Assembly (NCBI GenBank): GCA_035488835.1
Contig: DATHKX010000205.1
Coordinates: 9,686 to 73,685 of the forward strand
Direction: 5' to 3'
Length of the DNA: 64,000 nt
Source: Gemmatimonadales bacterium
Lineage (GTDB): Bacteria; Gemmatimonadota; Gemmatimonadetes; Gemmatimonadales; GWC2-71-9
The position numbers were made by a program, and so were the translations under genes. Shown in pieces: positions 9,302-17,884 of the stretch. The notes under the pieces were generated by a model. The model had not been told where the DNA came from. It searched no databases and worked only from the letters and a program-made list of their open reading frames with translations. Each line of letters opens with the position of its first letter. Position 1 is the first letter of the stretch.

Positions 9302-11868
9302 ACAGGGCGCGAGGGCGCTGGATTGGGTTCGGACTCGCGGCAGCGCTCACCCCTGTGGCCCTCGCCGGGCAGGCGACGGCGCCGGCCCGCGCGCCAACCA
9401 AGCAGACCGTGGTCGCGGGAGACCACTACCGCGCGGGGTGGTTGCATCGCCTGTTCCTGGGCTCGCATTACCGCGACCTGTGGGCGACGCCCCTCGACGT
9501 CGAGGTGCTCGACTTGTCCCGCTTCGCCGGCGGGCTCACCCCCGCCGGCTGTGGCGGCCGGCGGCAAACGAAGGTGCTGCGCCTGCTGGGCAAGGATGGG
9601 CGGCAGTACGTGTTCCGCTCGGTGGACAAGGATCCCACGTTGGCGCTGCCGCCCGAGCTGCGGGCGACCTTCGCCAAGAAACTGGTGCAGGATCAGATCA
9701 GCTCGGCGCATCCCGGCGCGCCGCTGGTGGTCGCCCCGCTGCTCGATGCCGCCGGCGTCATGCACGTGGAGCCGCGGATCGCCCTCCTGCCCGACGACGC
9801 GCGCCTCAGCGGGTTCGATTGCGTCCCCCCTGGCTTCAAACTCGGTATGATCGAGGAGCGCCCCACGGAGCCTCCGGACAACGATGAGGGATTCGCCGGG
9901 GCGGTCGAGCTCGCCGGGACGAAGAAGCTGTTCGAGCATCTCGAGCACAGCTCTCGCAACCGCGTCGACTCGCGCGCCTATCTCGCCGCTCGACTGGTGG
10001 ACGTCTTCATCGGCGACTGGGACCGGCATCAGGACCAATGGCGCTGGGCGCGCTTCGATTCCGGCGGCGTCCATTGGTGGCGCCCCATCCCGCGCGATCG
10101 CGACCAGGCGTTCGCGCGCCTCGACGGCGTGCTCCTGTATCTCACCGGGTACTACTGGCCCCAGCTCATCGGCTTCGGCGACAAGTACCCGAGCATCTGG
10201 CGCCTCACCTTCACCGGGCAGGTCCCCGATCGGCGGCTCCTCGTGGATCTCGAGAAGCCGGTGTGGGACTCAATCGCGCGGACGATCCAGGTGCGGCTCA
10301 CCGATTCCGTAATCGACGCTGCCGTGCGGCGGCTGCCGCCCGAGTACTATCGCAAAAGCGGCGCCGCCCTCACCCGGGCGTTGCACCAGCGGCGCAATCA
10401 CTTGTTGCAGGCCAGCGACCGCTACTATGCGCTGCTCGCGGGCGTCGTGGAGGTCCATGGGACCGATGAGCGCGATGTCGCCGAGGTCGAGCGTCTCGGC
10501 GGTGGACGCGTCTCGGTGCGCCTGTCGGCTGCGGGCGCGACAGCACCGTACTACCGCCGGACGTTCGACGGCCGCGAGACGGAGGAGATCCGCGTCTACC
10601 TGCACGGCGGGGATGATCGACTCGTCGTGCGCGGCGCCGCCCGATCGGGACGCGGCCCGCTGCTGCGGGTGATCGGAGGGGGTGGGGATGACGAGCTGAC
10701 GGACTCCTCGCGCGCCGGGGGGACGAAGTTCTACGACGACCGTGGGAACAACCGGTTCGTGCGAGGACCAGGGACGTCCGTGAGTCGACGGCACTACGAC
10801 GAGCCGCCGCGCGACACGTCGACGCTCGGCCGGCCGCGTGATTGGGGGTCACGCTGGATGCCCCTCACGTGGGTCGGCTACTCTCCCGACGTCGGGCTGC
10901 TCGTCGGCGGTGGTGCCAGCGGGACTGGGTACGACTTCCGACGACTGCCGTACAACTCGCAGGTGAGAGTGCGGGCCGGATATGCGACGGCCGCCCAAAC
11001 CTACCGCGCCGAGTTCACGGGCGAATTCCGCGGCATCGTGCCTCCGGTCGTCGTGACGCTCCAGATGCGTGCGTCGGGGATCGACGTCCTCCGATTCTAC
11101 GGCTTCGGGAACGAGACCCCTGACACGGGCTCGCAGAACTTCTACAAGGTGAAGCAGCAGCAGTACCTCGTCGCGCCTGCCCTGGCATTCTCACTCTCGC
11201 CGGCCGCGACGCTCTCGATCGGCCCCGTGCTCAAGTTCTCCCATACCAACCTCGTGGGCGGCACGTTCATCAACGTCGCGCGGCCCTACGGCGTCGAAGA
11301 CCTGGGGCAGGTCGGCGCCGCAGCGGACTTTCAGGTCGACACTCGGGACCAGCCGCGTGCCGCGCGCCGCGGGATCGCCTTTGGTTTCGGCGGGAGCTAC
11401 TACCCAGCGGCGCTGGACGTGACGGCGCCGTTCGGCGAGGGCCATGCCGAGGCGAGCTCGTACCTCACGGCCCACATCCCGCTGCAGCCGACGCTCGCCC
11501 TCCGGGTCGCCGGGAAGAAGGTTTGGGGCAGCTATCCCTTCTATGAGGCGGCGTATATCGGCGGGGCAACGACGGTGCGCGGCTTCGTGGAGCATCGCTT
11601 CGCCGGCGACGCCGCCCTGTACGGGAACGCCGAGCTGCGGCTGTCCGTCGCCAAGTTCTACCTGCTGGTCCCGGGCCAGCTGGGCGTGTTCGGCCTCGGC
11701 GACGCGGGACGCGTCTACCTGTCGGGCGAGACATCGGACCGCTGGCACGCGGCTGCCGGGGGAGGCGTGTGGCTCTCGTTCCTGAGTCCCGCCAACACGC
11801 TGTCCGTGGCCGCGGCGCATAGCGTCGAGGGTACGCGCCTGTACGTGAAAGCCGGGCTGGCGTTCTAG
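9289..11868 (+). CDS. Omp85/BamA-TamA family outer-membrane beta-barrel with a ~450-aa N-terminal domain of unknown function (kinase-like motifs)
   Basis: ATG at 9289 lies in the frame of ORF 8683..11868 and gives a signal peptide (GFGLAAALTPVALAGQA). The C-terminal third shows Omp85 hallmarks (IGGATTVRGF, alternating hydrophobic strands, terminal ...YVKAGLAF). The start overlaps the metallophosphoesterase stop by 13 nt. Confidence 0.75.
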   Translation: MAQLNRARGRWIGFGLAAALTPVALAGQATAPARAPTKQTVVAGDHYRAGWLHRLFLGSHYRDLWATPLDVEVLDLSRFAGGLTPAGCGGRRQTKVLRLLGKDGRQYVFRSVDKDPTLALPPELRATFAKKLVQDQISSAHPGAPLVVAPLLDAAGVMHVEPRIALLPDDARLSGFDCVPPGFKLGMIEERPTEPPDNDEGFAGAVELAGTKKLFEHLEHSSRNRVDSRAYLAARLVDVFIGDWDRHQDQWRWARFDSGGVHWWRPIPRDRDQAFARLDGVLLYLTGYYWPQLIGFGDKYPSIWRLTFTGQVPDRRLLVDLEKPVWDSIARTIQVRLTDSVIDAAVRRLPPEYYRKSGAALTRALHQRRNHLLQASDRYYALLAGVVEVHGTDERDVAEVERLGGGRVSVRLSAAGATAPYYRRTFDGRETEEIRVYLHGGDDRLVVRGAARSGRGPLLRVIGGGGDDELTDSSRAGGTKFYDDRGNNRFVRGPGTSVSRRHYDEPPRDTSTLGRPRDWGSRWMPLTWVGYSPDVGLLVGGGASGTGYDFRRLPYNSQVRVRAGYATAAQTYRAEFTGEFRGIVPPVVVTLQMRASGIDVLRFYGFGNETPDTGSQNFYKVKQQQYLVAPALAFSLSPAATLSIGPVLKFSHTNLVGGTFINVARPYGVEDLGQVGAAADFQVDTRDQPRAARRGIAFGFGGSYYPAALDVTAPFGEGHAEASSYLTAHIPLQPTLALRVAGKKVWGSYPFYEAAYIGGATTVRGFVEHRFAGDAALYGNAELRLSVAKFYLLVPGQLGVFGLGDAGRVYLSGETSDRWHAAAGGGVWLSFLSPANTLSVAAAHSVEGTRLYVKAGLAF

Positions 11869-11870
11869 GC

Positions 11871-14800
11871 ATGACGCCTGAGTGGAAGGCAGAGGTCCCG
11901 AGCCTGGACCTGCTGAACCGCATGGTGACAGATCCACTTCCGGTGGGCCTCAGCTCCGGTCTGGTAGAGCCGTTCTTCCAACGCGACATCTACTTCGACT
12001 CCGCCGACTGGACGCTGCGTCGGCGCGGCGTGAGCTGCCGGTTCCGTATCCGGGTCGACGACCGGCGCATCCTCACGCTGCGCACCATCGGTCGGTGGGA
12101 GGGCGGCGTCCCGTTGGTGTTGCCGCAGACATTCGAAGCCGAGGTCGCCGAGCTCGAAGGCGAGCAGGCGCTCGCCGGCACGTCCGACCCGGCGCGACGC
12201 CTGCGCTCCCTCATCGACCCGGCCCTGCTGTTGCCCCGGATCCAGTTCGAAACCGAGCGGCGCGTGCGGCACACCGAGGCCGGGTGGTTCTCGCGGGGAC
12301 GCTACGACGTCGTGTACGACGTCGTGACGGTCCGGAGCCGTCAGATGGCGGTGGCGTTCGAGGAGCTGAAGGTCCGGGAGCTCGCGCGGGGCCGGCCGGG
12401 CCTCGACCGCCTGGCCCAGGCATTTCAGGAGCGGTATGGCCTGCGCCCGTCGCTGGTGGGGAAGGTAGACCGGGCCGCCAAGCTGTTGCGCGATCTGGAA
12501 AGCGGCGCCCTGGCGCAGGTCGCCCGCGCCGGCCGGGAGGTGGTCGTGGTCGCTGTCGAGGAGGGGTCCGTCGCCATGCTGACGGAATCGACCTCGCTCA
12601 CGTTGCCCGTGCGAGGCGGTAGCGGCGAGGAGACGTGCCGTGAGATCCTGCGCGCCTTTTTCGGGAGCGCGGACGGACAGGTACGGTTCCTCGGCACGGC
12701 CCCTGGGGGGTTGGCGGGCACGAGACCGGTGCTCGAGGTCTGGCTGGCGCGGCGCGTCGCCGGGGGCGCCGGTGTCGCGGGACGAGTGCAGTGGCTGCCG
12801 TTCGACGACCTGCTCGCCGCGGCCGGTTCGCCCGGGCTACGCGACCCCCGGACGCTCGCAGCGCTCACGGTGGCGGCGCGGTCGGACGTGCTCGCCGGCT
12901 GGACGCGGGGCCCTGAGCCGGTGCGGGGTGCGGCGCCGGGCCCGGCGGGCGAGCGCCGGGTGCGACTGTCCGAATACGCGCTGCGCTCCCCCATTCCCGA
13001 CATCGACCACCCAGGAGCCGAGCACTTCCTGAACGGCGATCTGAGCCTGATCGAGTTCAACGCCCGGGTACTGGAGCTGGCGGAGGACACGAGCGTCCCG
13101 CTGCTCGCCCGGGTCCGGTTTCTGTCCATCCTGAGCGCGAACTTGGACGAGTTCTTCATGGTGCGTGTCGGCGCCCTGAAGCGCGCGGCGGCAAAAGGGG
13201 GCCCGGTGGAGGTGGGTGAGGGCGGTCTCGCCGCGGACGAGCAGCTCAACGCCATCGGAATCCGGGTGCGGGCCCTGCTCGAGCGACAGTCGCGCTGTTT
13301 CACCGACGTGTGCGTGCCGGCGCTCGCCGCGCACGGCGTCCGGATCCTGCGCTGGACGGACCTGGCGGCGCCCCAACGAGAGTCGCTGCGCCGCTACTTC
13401 TCGGAGGAAGTGTTCCCCTTGATCACCCCGCAGGCCATGACGCGGGCCCCGGGGCACCCCTTCCCGCTCATTCCCACCATGCGCCTGTCCCTCGCCGTCG
13501 TGGTGCGCGACGCCCCGGGCGGACCGATGCACTTCGCCTACTTGAAGGCGCCGGAGACGCTGCCCCGCTTCGTGAAGCTCGCGGACGGGAGCGGGTTCGT
13601 CGCGGTGGAGGACGTCATCCGCGCGAACCTGAGCCAGGTGTACCCGGGCCGATTCGTGGAGGAGGCGTACGCGTTCCGCGTCACGCGCGGCGCCGACCTC
13701 GAGCTCGACGAGCATCATGCGGTGAGCTTGCTGCAGGTGATTGATGAGGAAACCAAACGGCGGCCTTACGGTGCCGCGGTACGGGTGGAGATCGCCGGCG
13801 AGATGCCGGAGGCGGTACGGGAGCTCTTGCTGCGCGAGCTGCAGTTCGAGGAAGCAGCGGCGAGCAGCCCCCCCGGCGCGGGGGATCTGTATGCGGCGGA
13901 CGGCCTCCTCGACCTCGGAGCGCTGCGCGAGCTCGCGCGCCTGCCGCTCCCCGAGCTGGACTACCCGCCGCACCGGGGCGGCGCGCCGATCGAGGAGGGC
14001 CGGTCTATCTTCGCGATCCTGGCGGAGCGGGACATCCTGGTGCACCACCCCTACGACGCGTTCGAGGCCACGGTACAGCGACTCGTAGCCGAAGCCGCGG
14101 ACGACCCGGATGTCGTGGCGATCAGACTGACGCTGTATCGCGCGGGCGGCCGCTCGGATATCGTCGAAGCGCTGCTGCGGGCCGCGGGACGCGGCAAGGA
14201 AGTGTTCGTCTTTGTCGAGCTGAAGGCCCGGTTCGACGAGGAGCGCAACATCGAGTGGGCCAAAAAGCTCGAGCAGGCGGGCATCCGGGTGGTGTACGGC
14301 CTGGTCGAGCTCAAGACCCACGCCAAGATCGCGCTCATCGTGCGCCGCGAGCGCGACGGGATCCGACGTTACGTGCACATCGGGACCGGGAACTACAACG
14401 CCGCGACGGCGGCGCTCTATACCGATGTGGGGCTCCTGTCGGCCGACCCCGAACTCGGGGCCGACTTGAACGACCTCTTCAATGAGCTCTCAGGCTCGTC
14501 GCGGCCGCCCCAGACCGCCTTTCGGCGGATCCTGGTCTCACCCACCTACCTGGCGAATCGCCTGGTCGAGCTGATCGATCGAGAATCACAGCACGCTCGG
14601 GCAGGCCGCGACGCTCGGATTCGCGCCAAGCTCAACGGGCTCACCGATCCGGAGATCATCACGGCTCTGTATCGCGCGTCGCAGGCGGGCGTCGAGGTCG
14701 CGCTCGTCGTGCGGGGCGTATGCACGCTTCGTCCCGGCGTGGTGGGGCTGTCGGAACGCATCCGTGTCGTCAGCGTCCTCGGCCGGTTTCTCGAGCACGC

Positions 14801-15080
14801 GCGCATCTACGCCTTCGCCAACGATGCCGACGCCGAGTACTACATCGGCTCCGCCGATTGGCGGGTGCGGAACTTACGGCGGCGGGTGGAGGTGGTGACG
14901 CCGGTGCGGGACGCGGTCGCCCGCGCGCGGCTCGACGCCATTCTCGACGCGGAGCTGGACGACCCCACCGCCTGGGACCTCGATCCCGACGGCGGCTATC
15001 ATCGCCGCGCGCCGGCGCCCGGCCGGGATCCCCGAAGCTCCCAGGAGCGGCTGCTCGGTCTGGCCAGTGCCATTGCCTGA
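11871..15080 (+). CDS. ppk: Polyphosphate kinase 1 with an N-terminal CYTH (triphosphate tunnel) domain and a Nudix-like linker domain
   Basis: The C-terminal ~700 aa are canonical PPK1 (LSLIEFNARVLELAED, RFLSILSANLDEFFMVRV, two PLD-like HxK regions: ELKTHAKIALIVRRE, RFLEHARIYAF). The N-terminal ~200 aa match the CYTH pattern (EWKAEV..., QRDIYFDSADWTLRRRGVSCRFRIR, FEAEVAE, AFEELKVRE). Starts 2 nt after the OMP stop. Confidence 0.9.
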   Translation: MTPEWKAEVPSLDLLNRMVTDPLPVGLSSGLVEPFFQRDIYFDSADWTLRRRGVSCRFRIRVDDRRILTLRTIGRWEGGVPLVLPQTFEAEVAELEGEQALAGTSDPARRLRSLIDPALLLPRIQFETERRVRHTEAGWFSRGRYDVVYDVVTVRSRQMAVAFEELKVRELARGRPGLDRLAQAFQERYGLRPSLVGKVDRAAKLLRDLESGALAQVARAGREVVVVAVEEGSVAMLTESTSLTLPVRGGSGEETCREILRAFFGSADGQVRFLGTAPGGLAGTRPVLEVWLARRVAGGAGVAGRVQWLPFDDLLAAAGSPGLRDPRTLAALTVAARSDVLAGWTRGPEPVRGAAPGPAGERRVRLSEYALRSPIPDIDHPGAEHFLNGDLSLIEFNARVLELAEDTSVPLLARVRFLSILSANLDEFFMVRVGALKRAAAKGGPVEVGEGGLAADEQLNAIGIRVRALLERQSRCFTDVCVPALAAHGVRILRWTDLAAPQRESLRRYFSEEVFPLITPQAMTRAPGHPFPLIPTMRLSLAVVVRDAPGGPMHFAYLKAPETLPRFVKLADGSGFVAVEDVIRANLSQVYPGRFVEEAYAFRVTRGADLELDEHHAVSLLQVIDEETKRRPYGAAVRVEIAGEMPEAVRELLLRELQFEEAAASSPPGAGDLYAADGLLDLGALRELARLPLPELDYPPHRGGAPIEEGRSIFAILAERDILVHHPYDAFEATVQRLVAEAADDPDVVAIRLTLYRAGGRSDIVEALLRAAGRGKEVFVFVELKARFDEERNIEWAKKLEQAGIRVVYGLVELKTHAKIALIVRRERDGIRRYVHIGTGNYNAATAALYTDVGLLSADPELGADLNDLFNELSGSSRPPQTAFRRILVSPTYLANRLVELIDRESQHARAGRDARIRAKLNGLTDPEIITALYRASQAGVEVALVVRGVCTLRPGVVGLSERIRVVSVLGRFLEHARIYAFANDADAEYYIGSADWRVRNLRRRVEVVTPVRDAVARARLDAILDAELDDPTAWDLDPDGGYHRRAPAPGRDPRSSQERLLGLASAIA

Positions 15081-15687
15081 GCCGGCCGCGGCCCTCGTCG
15101 CGCTCGGGCTCGCCGGCCTGATGGCCGGCGCGCCACTCGGGGCGCAAGCGTGCCGGGAACCTCACTATCGTTGGACGCAGAAGACGGACACGGCGCTCGC
15201 CGACCTCGCCCCGCAAGCGACGTCCGTCTCGGCGATCCTCGCCACCTGGGCGCCCCCCCACCTCGGGCCCCGCGACCGTTGCGCTCTCCGCTCGGGGCGC
15301 GAGCTTGGGGTTTACAACGTCACCGGCTGGGTGCGGCGGGCCGACAAGTTCAAGGACGACGGCGACTGGCACGTCGAGCTGACCGAGCGGGCCGACAGTC
15401 CTTCCGATTCTTGCATCGTGGTCGAGATCCCGGCACCGAAATACAGCGCGCGCTACGCCTCGGCCCGGGCAGCGCTCGACTCGCTGATCGGCGACAGGAA
15501 GGTCCGGAGGAGCGGGGTCCTCGCCCGGCCGGCTCTGGCGCGTATCACCGGGGCCGCATTCTTCGACGGGCAGCATCGCCGCGGCGGGCGGCGGAGCGAC
15601 AAGATCGACGGCGAGCACGGGCGCTGTAACTCATCGGTACGGGCGCTGTGGGAGATTCATCCGGTGTACCGCGTCACCTCGCCCTGA
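15067..15687 (+). CDS. Secreted protein of unknown function
   Basis: GTG start overlapping the ppk stop by 14 nt. Signal-like N-terminus (AAALVALGLAGLMAGAPLGAQA). GC3-rich coding frame, four Cys residues, no motif I recognise. Confidence 0.55.
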   Translation: MPLPEPAAALVALGLAGLMAGAPLGAQACREPHYRWTQKTDTALADLAPQATSVSAILATWAPPHLGPRDRCALRSGRELGVYNVTGWVRRADKFKDDGDWHVELTERADSPSDSCIVVEIPAPKYSARYASARAALDSLIGDRKVRRSGVLARPALARITGAAFFDGQHRRGGRRSDKIDGEHGRCNSSVRALWEIHPVYRVTSP

Positions 15688-17201
15688 GCTCGCTCCACGC
15701 GATTCCTTCCCGCCTGCTTCGCGGCGTACAGCGCTGCATCGGCGGCGCCCCGCAGGTTCGCCACGTCCCGCACCGTGTCCGGGTAGGCGGCCACGCCGCA
15801 CGAGATGGTCAGGCGGTACGCCTCCCCGGTCCACCGCCACGTCGTGGACTCGACGGTCGCGCGGATGCGCTCGGCGACCTCGAGTCCCGATATCATGGGC
15901 GTGTGGGGCATCCACACCGCGAACTCTTCGCCGCCGATCCGCGCCACCAGGTCCTTGTCGCGCACCGCCGCCTCGAGGATGCGTGCCACGTGGCGTAGCG
16001 CCGCGTCGCCGGCAGCGTGCCCCAGCGTGTCGTTCAGCTGCTTGAAGAGATCGAGGTCCGCGTAGATCAACGTCGCAATCGGGGGCGCTTTGCTCCCATG
16101 CTGCGTCAGCGCGCGCTCGAGCTCGCGTCGGTTGCGGAGACCCGTGAGCGGGTCGCTCACCGCCCGCTGCTCCGCCTCGTACACCGCGCGGGCAGCGGGA
16201 AGGCGGGACCCCAGCTCCGCGACGAGACGCTGCAGCTGGTCGGCGACGGGCGTGCCTGGTGGGAGCTGGGGGCCCATCACCACCAGGGCGCCGATCACGA
16301 AGTGGCCGTCGAACAGCGGATAGGCGGTGCCGGCGCGATCCTCGCGGCGGCGGTCGGGGAGCGCACTGCCGAAGACGTCTTCCCCGCCGCGCGAGACCAC
16401 CGGCACTCCGGACGTGATGGCCCGGACCGCCGGCGCGGCGGACGGCAGCACGAGGCCGTGGAGCCGGTTGTCCGCCGCCGTCGATACCGCCACGACCCGC
16501 AGCGTGCCGCTCGCGGGTCCGATGGCCTGCAGCACGATCACCGCGCCGCGCTGGGTGAACTGCTGGGCCAGCAACACTCCAGCCTTGGCGATCCCCTCGA
16601 GCGTCTGTGCGCTGCCCGCGATCGCGGCGAGCTGCTTCGAGACCAGTTGGGCGGGATGCTCGCCAGATTCGTGCGACCGCGCGAGCCGCATCCCCGCGAC
16701 GATACGACGCAGCTCTTGGGTGACGGCCGCCGCTTTCTCGGGTGTGGCGTCCGGTTGCGGAAGCAGCAGCCCGGCGCCGAAGGGGAAGTCACCCACGGCG
16801 ATGTAGCTGCCGGCCGGATCGCGTGCGACGTGGGCCCGCCCGTCCACCGAGGCGAGTTGCACGAGGGCGGAGCCGCGCTGGCGGGCCGCGCCGTCCACCT
16901 CTTCCCTCCCGAGGACTTCGACCTCGCTGTCGTCGAGCCCCACGGCCCAGCCGGCCCGCGCCCCGTGCGCCCGGCGCAGCAGGTCCAGGGTGTGCTGGAA
17001 GTCGGACGGCCGGGTGAGGGTCTCGTCCGCCAGCCACACCCGCACCAGCGGTCCCAGCGCCAGCCCGGTCGCCGCGACGAAGCCACCGAGTGCTGCGACC
17101 AGCGGCCAGCCGTTCCCGCTCAGGACGGCCGGGACCACGGCGGCCAGGCCGAGCACGGCGAGTCCGCGCCCGACCCAGACGCCGGCTCGGGGGCCCTTCA
17201 C
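15657..17201 (-). CDS. Diguanylate cyclase (GGDEF) with an N-terminal membrane/sensor region
   Basis: [39 protein letters not shown] (active GGEEF). RDKD lies five residues upstream of GGEEF (RxxD I-site). N-terminal TM helices. The GTG start overlaps the larB stop (GTGA). Confidence 0.85.
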   Translation of the reverse strand: MKGPRAGVWVGRGLAVLGLAAVVPAVLSGNGWPLVAALGGFVAATGLALGPLVRVWLADETLTRPSDFQHTLDLLRRAHGARAGWAVGLDDSEVEVLGREEVDGAARQRGSALVQLASVDGRAHVARDPAGSYIAVGDFPFGAGLLLPQPDATPEKAAAVTQELRRIVAGMRLARSHESGEHPAQLVSKQLAAIAGSAQTLEGIAKAGVLLAQQFTQRGAVIVLQAIGPASGTLRVVAVSTAADNRLHGLVLPSAAPAVRAITSGVPVVSRGGEDVFGSALPDRRREDRAGTAYPLFDGHFVIGALVVMGPQLPPGTPVADQLQRLVAELGSRLPAARAVYEAEQRAVSDPLTGLRNRRELERALTQHGSKAPPIATLIYADLDLFKQLNDTLGHAAGDAALRHVARILEAAVRDKDLVARIGGEEFAVWMPHTPMISGLEVAERIRATVESTTWRWTGEAYRLTISCGVAAYPDTVRDVANLRGAADAALYAAKQAGRNRVERAQGEVTRYTG

Positions 17202-17884
17202 GAATGATTGATGCGGCTCGCGGCGGCGGCGGCGCCGAACCCGTTGTCGATGTTGACCACGGTGACGCCCGCAGCGCAGGAGTTGAGCATGCCGAGCAGG
17301 GCCGCGACGCCGCCGAACGACGCGCCGTAGCCGACGCTTGTGGGCACGGCGATCACGGGCACGGTCACGAGCCCGCCGACGACGCTCGGGAGCGCACCTT
17401 CCATCCCGGCGACCACGACGATCACCGCGGCGCTGCGCAGCAGGTCCGTCTGCGTGAGAATGCGGTGGATGCCAGCGACCCCGACGTCGGTCAGGCGCGC
17501 GACGGTATTGCGGAACGCCCGCGCGGTCACGGCGGCTTCCTCGGCCACCGGGAGGTCACTCGTCCCCGCGGTCACGATGAGAATCGTCCCCCGCCCCGTC
17601 GGCTCGGGCTCAGGTGTCGGGGGCAGATAGACGATGCGCCCCGGCTCGTTCACCTCGGCACCCGGAAACCGCGCGGCGAGCGCGGCGCGATGCGCCACCT
17701 CGGCGCGCGTCGCCAGGAAACTCCCCGCTGCCGCTTCGAGCCGCTCCGCGATCGCGACCGCCTGCTCGGGCGTCTTGCCCTGACACAAGATCACCTCCTG
17801 ATGCCCCTGCGTCGCGGGCCGGAGGTGATCGATGGAGGCGAACGGGAGGCGCTCGATGAAGCGCCCCAGGTCCTCGATGTTCAC
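17198..17884 (-). CDS. larB: LarB-like (PurE-fold) nickel-pincer cofactor biosynthesis carboxylase/hydrolase
   Basis: [81 protein letters not shown] start at 17884, in the frame of ORF 17198..18877, overlaps the dus stop (GTGA). Confidence 0.8.
   Translation of the reverse strand: MNIEDLGRFIERLPFASIDHLRPATQGHQEVILCQGKTPEQAVAIAERLEAAAGSFLATRAEVAHRAALAARFPGAEVNEPGRIVYLPPTPEPEPTGRGTILIVTAGTSDLPVAEEAAVTARAFRNTVARLTDVGVAGIHRILTQTDLLRSAAVIVVVAGMEGALPSVVGGLVTVPVIAVPTSVGYGASFGGVAALLGMLNSCAAGVTVVNIDNGFGAAAAASRINHS

Noticed and set aside
12837-14378. 513-aa minus-strand ORF inside ppk
   Set aside because: Antisense to unmistakable PPK1 sequence. No motifs.
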